From the NCBI RefSeq assembly GCF_001194135.2, contig NC_068981.1, positions 59,619,291 through 59,678,187 of the forward strand: a DNA stretch of 58,897 nt, in the 5' to 3' direction. This DNA comes from Octopus bimaculoides. Its lineage: Eukaryota. The notes below the pieces were generated by a model that worked only from the letters and a program-made list of their open reading frames with translations, was not told where the DNA came from and made no database searches. Of the stretch, positions 1 to 9,755 are shown piece after piece. The translations under genes were made by a program, and so were the position numbers. The first letter of the stretch is position 1. Every line of letters begins with the position of its first letter.

Positions 1-37
<37 letters not shown>

Positions 38-40
38 CAC
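1..40. repeat. (AT)n/(AC)n microsatellite
   Basis: Direct reading of the dinucleotide run. Confidence 0.95.
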
Positions 41-3000
41 GAATAAATATTGTGATAGATGCATACATATATAAGTACATTATAACATGAGTACGTGAAT
101 TGAAGAACTTATGTGAGAAACTCCATTTCCAAACATTGCAGTATCAAAGGCCTAATTAGAGAAAATGTGGGTGCATGTGTAATTACAGAGGCTGACATCA
201 TGTGGAGAAAAAAAAAACGTTTACAGCTGGAAATGTAGGAACTTGGAGAGTCATACAGTGAGGGACAAGATAACAAATCACTTGCTTGACAAATCGGTTA
301 GAATTTCACTCTAATAGATAAACTGTGCAATGAACATGAGGGAATATCAGTTAATGATTCTAGGTCTATTGAGTGCTTAATGATGAAGTATACGCTTTAC
401 AAATGTTGCTTCCATAAAATCCTAGACATAGTGACGCACGAGCAGACAAATGGATTGGAGGGAGCTGGGGTTCGCGTAGCTTGCTTAGCTAAAAGAGCTT
501 AGCTTCCTTAGGTAAAAAAAAAAAAAGATATGCTGCCTGAAATCAAAGGGAGAAAGTGGAAAATGTTCGAAAATCTTTCTGAGCGTATGGCTTCATTACT
601 GTAAGATATCTTAAGTCATTTAATAATATTGAGAAGTCTGTATCATTTAACTTTGCTCTTCAGGGGAGGGGGGTGCATACCACTTCTGTATTGGTCTTTC
701 CATTTATCTTTATGCTCTGAGGTTCCAATAAACATGTCTTTAATCATTTTTATTCAGAATTGCTTATATTTTAAATTAACCTGCTTCATGGATATCTTCC
801 AGTTATTTCAAGGAGTCAAGCGAAACATTTACGAACTAAATATTTCATATTCATTGAAAATCCGCATGCAACAATATTTTACATATACTATAGAATTCTT
901 TATATGAGTATCAGATTGAAATAAATTCCACGAAAATAACATCAGCTACCTGTGCCATTAGTTTTCTCAATCAGAGCTGACTTAAAATTATATCACCATG
1001 GCCGCCGCCGCCAACCCCCTCCCCCACCACCATCAACGCTGTGAAAAATATCACTATCGTCACGACAAACAGGTCATCATTACAATAGCATAACAATATT
1101 GCTTAGAAAGGAGATATTCTTAATAAATCTCGTATTCTTTACCCCTAAGTTGAAATAAATATTTCTTGATAGCTTTGATATATCTGGTCTTTTGTATGAT
1201 ATTTGGAAAGAATTTAGCTTCACAATAAAACATGCACACCTCTTGAATATACATACCACTTGAAATCAATTGTGGCTCTTTACTTTAATGGCAGTCACGT
1301 CGCTTTGAGAAAGAAAGCGTCGTTACTCAGCAAATGAAATGCGTGATAGCCATGAATGCACAGTTATTGTAAAGATTAGATACAGCCAATAATATTTAGA
1401 TAGAGGCTGACCTGAACAAAGAACATGAAATATACATTAATCAGCAGATGCAGAGTGTCTCTCGCTCTCACGAAAAAAATAAGCCAGCGTGTATTGTATG
1501 CGAAAACCTTTAGAAGAATTGTCGGAAAAGCCAATATATGAGTAACAACATCGATATCTATACTATAATTAGTTTATTTTAGAATAAAATTTATATCGCA
1601 CTCCTTGTCATTGTCTATATACTCATCGTTGTCTTCCCATTGCTCCATCTTTTTCTTCGTATTCCTCTCCTCTGTCATCTTCGATATTATTGTTTCAACC
1701 GTCATCAGCATCATCGTCGCTATCCAGTCGTTAATGGTTCATTACATCTAATTCTCTTTCGCATAATTTCCCACCATAGTCTATACAAAAAGATAGCATT
1801 CAAATATTGCATTAAATGTAGCCTCCCGCATAAACTCTGTAATAGTGTAAGTAATAAACGTATTCTAAAGTGGACGATAGAACTCACTTTCAAATTTCAA
1901 TAACCACCAATGCCAATTTTGTCTTTTATCTTTACTTGATTGTTCATAAATGTTTCAGTGATATACGAGGTTGGATTATATCAACTACAGCCTTCAAAAA
2001 AAAAAAAAANNNNNNNNNNAAAAAAAAAAAAAAAAAGCTATGGGCTTGCATCAATGTGATAAATCACTATCATCATCTGTATCATGCTAAGCATTAAAAT
2101 TATCAATTTATAGGTAACAATGTATTAGAGTGTTGCGTCGAACTAAATGCATTTCACACTTTGTCTTTTTGTATGGAATATCGTCGGAGAACAAATTCAG
2201 ATCCACTTTCCAACTTTACCTTTGTGTTTCCATGTCTCTTTGACTATAAAACACTGCTCACAGAGTAAGATAGTTTATTTATTCATTTATCCCCCCCCCC
2301 CCTGCAATATATTTATTAGTATTCATGATAGATGGATAGCAATTGAATCCATGATTAACAATTCTGCATTATCCTTTGGATTGGCTCTAAACGATTTATT
2401 TACCTAGAATTTTGTGATCGTTTAACTACATAATTAAGAGAAACATCCGTGTCGTACTCGTACTCACTGAGGTGCTTGACGAAAATAGAGGAAGAAACTA
2501 TGACATATATTTTACTGTAGTTATCATTTGACCAGAGACCCGGTCGGAATTCCTGAAACAGAGCAGATTCTTCCAAAGGAAACCAACAGCTTCTAGTGTC
2601 GTCTATAAGATCATAAGATTTGATATTAGGGATACTTATTTACTGAATTTAATGTAAAATCCTTGAGTGAATATTTTAATAGATATTTACTGACTCGTTT
2701 AAAAAGTATTTATACCAAGATAAATAATATAATAATTTTATTCTTGTTTAATTAGTGTATCATCAAGTATTTCATAGTGGATAAATGATCATATATTTCA
2801 GAATGATAACAACACACAACAATTTAAGCTTTATAAATTAGAAGAGTGGGTTGCTGATATTCAATAATTTTATAGAATTTATGATGTACAACTGCAAATG
2901 TGCATTGGGAGTCTAAAAAATAGAAAAGTTGGATAAATCTTAGAACGTTTGAGTTTTTCTCAGTGTTTCCGTTGTAATGTTCATTTGCGTCAGAGGAGCA

Positions 3001-3104
3001 GAAAGGCATTAGTAACATTAAAATATAAACTCAAGAGACATATAAACATTTTGGTCGCTTTGTTTTTACCATGGGTTTCAGAAGCGGTATCGTTTATCAT
3101 AAAT

Positions 3105-3510
3105 CCTTTCAATTCTTCGGTCGTTAGACTGCAGCCATACTGGCTACGGCCTTGAAGGGTTTTACTCGAACGAATCAGCCTCAGTGCTTACTATTCAAGT
3201 CCTCTACTTATTCTATCGGTCTTTTGTACTGAACCACTAGATTACAGGCATGTAAACAAAGCAACAACGGTTGTCAGGCAGTGGTGGGGGACTAGCATAA
3301 ACACATGGATGCACATGCATATATACATATACACAATACATATATATGCATTTGCAATGGGCTTCTTTCAATTTCCGTCTAACAAATCCACCCACAAGGC
3401 TTTGATTGCTCCAGGGTAATACTAGAAGCCATTTAAGAAGGTACCGCGCAGCTGGACTGAACGCGGAACTATGTGATTGGAGAATTAACTTCTTACCACA
3501 GCCATCCCTG
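3105..3510 (-). mobile_element. tRNA-derived SINE, family A (two parts with a central microsatellite)
   Basis: The minus strand has a tRNA-like head (ggatggctgtggtaagaag...gttcagtcca), the body gtggatttgttagacggaaattgaaagaagccc, a TA/TG spacer, then gacaaccgttgttg...gatagaataag. It aligns by eye with copies at 16.85, 19.0, 43.6, 50.7 and 56.75 kb. Confidence 0.85.
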
Positions 3511-4624
3511 TTCATATCATTTGGAAAATGTTTTAAAATTATGGCCATCTTCGTAATACATAATTACCTGTGTAGCATACTTGCTCGCATTATCCTATCA
3601 CATGTAGTTGTAAACCTGAAAACATACGATACTGTTGCCATTTTGCCTCTATTTTATAAGCTTACCTAAACAATTATTATGAGCGACCTTTATATAAGGA
3701 ATAAAATCGGTTTGCGCAAATGTCTTTCAATTTCAACACATCTTAGTATAATTTGCCATAGGAAACTTTCAAATGTTTCATTCCAGGTGTCAAACTTCTC
3801 TCTTTATTTCCAATAGAAGCCGTCATAAACGACTTCAATATATGGATCCGACCTTATGTACTGTTTTATTGACGGACTCATTAAGTCGATGCACGTAAGT
3901 GATTGTCAACTTGGTAATCATTTCTAATACAGTGTCTTTGTATGTGTGGTGAGTGCGTACATGTGTATGTGTGAATGTGTGTGTGCCTGTGTGTGTGTAT
4001 TTTTCCATATGCTTCTGTCCTTGTGAGAATATACTTTGACTTCGCTTAGGAAAGTTGAGTCATTATTTATGACACGTAACGTAGTTGTCTGACAGGTATG
4101 TAGTATTTTAGATATGATCGACTAAAATTATTCAAGGTAGTGCCCCAGGATGGCTACATTTCAAGGACTGAAACAAAAGAATAAAGTATTCTAACATTTT
4201 AACATATAAATTAATTCATAATGAAATGTCAAATCAGTAAATTGGAATTTGTAAATTAAACAGTGCTCTTACAGTAATAGTTTTGCGTTTTCCTCCTTTG
4301 TTTACAATACGATAAAATCATATGGAAATATTGCTCTAGGGATTACAAACTAAACACGATGGAAATATAAAGCAAATAAACAAAATAATTATGATCATAT
4401 AATAATTAAAATTCTCAGAACGAAAAGACTAAAAATTAAATCTTTAATTTATTAATCATTTAATTTTAGTATTTCGAATTAAAAAAGAGAAAAACACATT
4501 TGATACAAAAACAAATGAATACACCCGTAAACCTTGTACTAATCACATTATTCTTATTATAGAAAGCCAAAGAGTGCAATACTAATGCTTTAAAACATGT
4601 CCTGAAAATAAAATAAAAATATAT

Positions 4625-4672
4625 TTATTATTATTATTATTATTATTATTGTTGTTATTATTATTATTATAA
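4625..4672. repeat. (ATT)n microsatellite
   Basis: Direct reading. Confidence 0.9.
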
Positions 4673-5288
4673 TATTGCTATCATTCATTTTTTTTACTTA
4701 TAAAACGTAACTTGTGATAAATTGGATATCCCCTGAAAGCGAACCCTGTAATAGTAGTTAAAGAGATAGGTATGTTGCCTCGTGGTATTTCTTTTGACTC
4801 TCCGCATCTTAACTTTGTAAACTATATCAAACTCTATTATCCGTAACATGCTCACAAGAAAAAAACAGAGACATGTACTCATCGAGTAAACACAGATATC
4901 ATCTAGCGTGTACATGCTACTGCTTTGATTGTAGCATAAGTTCTACTATGAGGCTGTATTATTTCCGCCAAATGCTTACTCTTGTGCTTCGCTCTGTTAT
5001 TTTTTTAAACAAGGGCTAAAGTACGAATCAATTGCTTAGTATTCACCCCTTTTGCCTTCATTTGTTACAAAATGCCAGATTTGCTGTTTATATTTACCTC
5101 ACTGAAAATAACCCATGCCAGTTCACATTCATCGATAAGAAACTACTCGCTGGTAAACCCTGCATAGGTGAACAAACTCTAAAGGTTATTTAAAGAGGGG
5201 GGAACTAGAAACTAGATGGTTTCCATCAAATACTTGTTGATCCAACTCTTTTATCTTCCAGTTCATGAGGTCCCTGTAAATGACTTCC

Positions 5289-5322
<34 letters not shown>
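5289..5322. repeat. (AT)n microsatellite
   Basis: Direct reading. Confidence 0.95.
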
Positions 5323-5324
<2 letters not shown>

Positions 5325-6085
5325 TACAATCTACACACTATGTAGAAATGTAAGAAAGCTAAGATCTGCGTCTTCGTTTTCTATAGAAATCATAATTAAT
5401 CTGCTTGGTGTAGAATAATGCAACGACAAAGAGGAAAAGTCTTTGTGGTAGCTATTCAATCCTGCAGTTCGTTAATCATCTCAATTTTCTTCTCACATTT
5501 TTCTTGCTCTTTCTAAGAGCGGCGTTCTAGTTTTCTAATAGCATTACCAGTATACTCTGAGCCTAAAGAATTGGTTAGAGACACGTGGCTTATTGTATCG
5601 ATCTACAGACTTATTGTGCCTCTACAGCATGAAACTATTGGTAGTTCTTTTCTAAATATTCTGTATATTAAATGATAATTATTCCACTGTAGAGAGCACT
5701 TCTTTTAATGATCATATCAATAAAGATACATAATACATGCATGCATACGTATATGCATATATACATGTAACAGACACATATAAAATGCGACCAGGCGTAC
5801 GTATATCTTTTGGTTGCATTTCGTAAGTAAACTATTTGCTGAATAAATTGATACACCACATATTAAATACATACTAGGTATGTATGTAACACCATTTCTC
5901 CCTAGAGCTGTTCTATATATAAAATAGTCAGTGGAGCAGACGTTTGTCAAGAAAAACCAATAATAAAATACTGTAAATCTATAACTTTTCTTCCATCTAC
6001 TAACGGATCTGCTGGAAGCATATATGTACTGTTTATTTTCATAAAATTCCCATGATAGTTCCAATATTGGAAAATATCTGGAATA

Positions 6086-6131
6086 GAATTATCAGACCGA
6101 AATGTACGGAATTATCAGATCGAAATGTACG
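6086..6131 (+). repeat. 23-bp tandem duplication
   Basis: gaattatcagaccgaaatgtacg followed by gaattatcagatcgaaatgtacg. Confidence 0.9.
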
Positions 6132-6529
6132 AAATTAAGTAACTGATTTCTTATATTCCAGAAAAATAATACCTGATTCGTTTCTCCTTAATAAAAGAAA
6201 GATATTGAAAAAGAACCAATAGAGGAATAATTGCCTTTCAGGTTTTTGCAGATATTTATAGAAGTCCAAATAGATTGTTAGACAGTTTTGTCTGTCAGCA
6301 AGGTTATCTGGAGAAGATGTAAACTCAATTCAACACAATAATCAAGTGTTATAACCTCATAGGTAAAGATAGGGCGAATGATTATAATCTCTCGTAACAA
6401 CACACAAAGCTTAGTTACTTCTAAACTTGCATGACCAGTTTGCTTGTAATACATTTCCGCTAAATATTTCAGGTTCCAACGTATTCGCAAGCAAATCCTC
6501 CTGGCCTTTACACATTTGACCAAGTGGAA

Positions 6530-6700
6530 CATCTAGCAAGTGACAACTGGAGGAAGGGAAGGCTACACCAGTACTTCGTAGGCGTTCATTTTCAGCTGAG
6601 TGGACTGGGCCAACGTGAGATGAGGTGCCTTGCTCAAGAATACAACATCACCGAGCATTCTCTTTGGTGCTTTACCAGTTATGTTAAACCCTCGACTAAA
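6530..6700 (-). mobile_element. Degenerate SINE fragment
   Basis: cattttcagctgagtggactgggccaacgtgagatgaggtgccttgctcaagaatacaac resembles the antisense of a central block widespread in invertebrate SINEs (recognition from memory). Confidence 0.45.
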
Positions 6701-7103
6701 TAATTTATAACTGAAAAAAAGGTCTTACATTTTATTTATTTATTTGCTTGAAGAGGTGTATAATTGAGTGAATTGATCTCAGTCTGGATTAAGAACTTGT
6801 TTCGTCAATCCCGGGATGGCGTTTTAATTTAGAAAATAATTTTCATGAAGAAATGTTTCCTCAACTAAGCACTGATGCACCTCTAAAGTTTCTTTACACA
6901 TTTTAATAATTATAAAATTCTGTGCTTCAATGTTCTGAAATCATTTGAGATTCAGGAAATGTATATCCTGTCATCGAATCTTCATAGCCCAATTTAAATT
7001 TCCTGCACAACGAGTTAGTATACGAAACTGTTATTTATTTTATTTTAAATTAATTAAGGTATTCAATAGAAGATAGCAAATGTGTTTTAATGAAGCGAAG
7101 TTC

Positions 7104-7318
7104 CAGGCGGCGAGATGACAGAAACGTTTTAGAACGTCGGGCGAAATGCTTAGCGGTATTTCGTCTGTCTTTACGTTCTGAGTTCAAATTCTGCCGAGGT
7201 CGACTTTGTCCTTTCATCCTTTCGGGGTCGATAAATTAAGTACCAGTTGCATAATGGGTCGATCTAATCGACAGACCGCTCCTCATACATTTCAGGCATT
7301 GTGCATAAAGTAGAAAAG
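7104..7318 (+). mobile_element. tRNA-derived SINE, family B, with 15-bp target-site duplication
   Basis: Head ggcggcgagatgacagaaacg, B-box-like gagttcaaattc, tail tagaaaagaa. Flanked by the perfect direct repeat AATGAAGCGAAGTTC (7089-7103 and 7319-7333). Confidence 0.9.
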
Positions 7319-8184
7319 AATGAAGCGAAGTTCATGGACTGGTGGGAATAATGCACCCGTGATCCCAAATGAACATCTGAAGGTTAATGATTGTATACAG
7401 CCATTGTCGTAGGAAAGGAACTTAAGTTGTGTCCGATTGCAAACTACACCGTAAATACAAACAGACAAACAAAAAGCAATGAATTACGAAAGTAATCCAA
7501 ACTTGTACTGAAAAAGAAGGGAAAGTCGTGCATTTCTCTGCTAAAATATATGAAAATGGGAATTCAGTTGATCTCATAACGAAGTGAACTCGTCTATACT
7601 GGACTTAGGTATAAGAGAAAAATATGAATTCATGTAAAGAATGTACTTTTGAAATTGCTTGAGTCATAAACTAAAAGCTAGGCCGCAAAAAGGAAAGAGA
7701 TAATTTAAGCGATTCCTTCACTAAAAACACTTCTATGCACAGATATTCTGGATCTATTTTAACGAAAATACTATAGAATCACATTACGCCGCCACACGTA
7801 ATTTTTCATACCACATGCTACGCCTTCTTTACATACGGACGTTGTGTATCACCTTAGTTTTCAACACACTACTTACTTATTCCGTTCAGAAACGCGCTAA
7901 TTAATTTTAAATACTTTTCATTTTTAATCATCGTTACTAATCATTTATAATATCAAGGCTTTAATTTATTCATGGCCACATTAAAAATTGTACATTTTCC
8001 GGAGAAATAACTCATTAAATTAAAGTTAATTGAATATAACATGCATCACATTATATAATCTTACTTGGCAGCCTCTTTTGATTAAATATTCCTCTAGTTT
8101 TATTTTACATCTTTCTTGCGTAATTATTCTAACCTCTTCAACTCCACTTCAGATCGGTTAATTCCCGACTCTTACTCGGTTAAA

Positions 8185-8185
<1 letters not shown>

Positions 8186-8279
<94 letters not shown>

Positions 8280-8361
8280 TTCTTCTTCTTCTTCTTCTTC
8301 TTCTTCTTCTTCTTCTTCTTCTTCTTCTTCTTCTTCTTCTTCTTCTTCTTCTTCTTCTTCT
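8186..8361. repeat. Compound microsatellite (TATC)n-(ATC)n-(TTC)n
   Basis: Direct reading; it explains the poly-Ser pseudo-ORF 8116-8436. Confidence 0.95.
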
Positions 8362-8759
8362 ATTTTTACACTTCACTTTTATTTCAGATTTCTGCTTTTA
8401 AATTTTCGTTTGTCGACTCCTCATTTACTTCGTTGACTGGTTATCTGATTTTTCCAGTTACATCATATAAAGGAAGAGTGAGAGTATATCAAGCACAAAT
8501 ACATAACATAGAAGGCCAATGTATTTGTCGATATGCTGCGATTTGGTTGTGGTGAAGAATATTCTCTCAAATCGCCGGGTGTTTAAACACTTGAAAATGA
8601 TGAACAGGTAAGATAATGTGTTTTAACATCAGACACTTTCAGAGAATATTCTCCCCCACGCCATGTCGCAGTCTACCGGTAAATACATTGTTCGTCTATG
8701 TTAAGACTATGTGGTTGATATTGCTTGTTACACTAGCGCTGCTTCTATTTTACATTTGA

Positions 8760-8761
<2 letters not shown>

Positions 8762-8794
<33 letters not shown>

Positions 8795-8806
8795 TGTATG
8801 TATGTA
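8762..8806. repeat. (TATG)n microsatellite running into a gap
   Basis: Direct reading. Confidence 0.9.
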
Positions 8807-9032
8807 TNNNNNNNNNNNNNNNNNNNNNNNNNNNNNNNNNNNNNNNNNNNNNNNNNNNNNNNNNNNNNNNNNNNNNNNNNNNNTATATATATATATATTT
8901 ATATAAGGGCATTACTATACAATAATGCCTCACGCTATGAGGGACTCTATGGTCAGACTACCATAAAAAGCACATTTTTACCGAACGCGAGGAAATGCAA
9001 CTCTCAAAGCCAACCCCTTAAAAACAGACTAA

Positions 9033-9093
9033 ATTATAGATCATGATTTCGTAGATATTGTAGTATTATACAACCTCTACTCGTCAGTATAAT
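9033..9093 (-). ncRNA. Type I hammerhead ribozyme, intact catalytic core (left arm of the palindrome)
   Basis: Minus strand: ATTATA-CTGACGA-GTAG ag GTTGTA taatac TACAAT at CTAC-GAA-ATCATGAT-C-TATAAT. Perfect 6-bp stem I, CUGANGA and GAAA core, two-part stem II, self-complementary stem III, AUC cleavage triplet. Confidence 0.85.
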
Positions 9094-9363
9094 ATGGTCA
9101 AGAGAAATAGAGGTAAACAGAAAATCAACATACCACTCGAACATCGTGTATCCAATATAGTATATAGAAGACTGTTTATCGCTATTTCCGTATGTAAGTG
9201 GCGGGAATTTCGAATTTCATCTTGGTAAATATGCTTTTTTCTCAGAATAAATTCAGTACTTACATAGGGGAATAGCGATAAACAGTCTTCTATATACTGT
9301 ATTGGATACACGATGTTCGAGTGGTATGTTGATTTTCTGTTTACCTCTATTTCTCTTGACCAT

Positions 9364-9424
9364 ATTATACTGACGCGTAGAGGTTGTATAATACTACAAT
9401 AACTACGAAATCATGATCTATAAT
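9364..9424 (+). ncRNA. Type I hammerhead ribozyme with A9-to-C core change (right arm of the palindrome)
   Basis: ATTATA-CTGACGC-GTAG ag GTTGTA taatac TACAAT aa CTAC-GAA-ATCATGAT-C-TATAAT; mirror of the left-arm copy. Confidence 0.75.
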
Positions 9425-9719
9425 TTAGTCTGTTTTTAAGGGGTTGGCTTTGAGAGTTGCATTTCCTCGCGTTCGGTAAAAATGTGCTTTTTATGGTAGT
9501 CTGACCTTAGAGTCCCTCATAGCGTGAGGCATTATTGTATAGTAATGCCCTTATATAAATATAAATATATATTTCGGGAATAAATGANNNNNNNNNNATA
9601 TATATATATATATATATATATATACATGTGTGCGTGTGTGTGTGTGTAAATATTGCTATGATTGATCGCTACATCCACAAGTTTCATTTTATTCTCCCTC
9701 TGTTTATTTCCTCGTGTTC

Positions 9720-9755
9720 CTTTCTGGTGAAGAGAGTATGCTCGAAACGTAAAAG
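9720..9755 (+). ncRNA. Minimal hammerhead-like motif (PLE type), one core mismatch
   Basis: CTTT-CTGGTGA-a-GAG agtatg CTC-GAAACGT-A-AAAG. 4-bp stem I, 3-bp stem II, palindromic ACGT stem III, GUA site; A6 is G. Confidence 0.55.

Larger units (their letters stand above)
8896..9560. mobile_element. Palindromic (fold-back) non-coding element with ~300-bp arms, each carrying a hammerhead ribozyme
   Basis: 8896-9199 is the near-exact reverse complement of 9258-9560, with a 58-nt spacer. Termini are TATAAGGGCATTACTATAC...GTATAGTAATGCCCTTATA. Homologous partial copies lie at 19813-20182 and 20301-20440. Confidence 0.9.
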
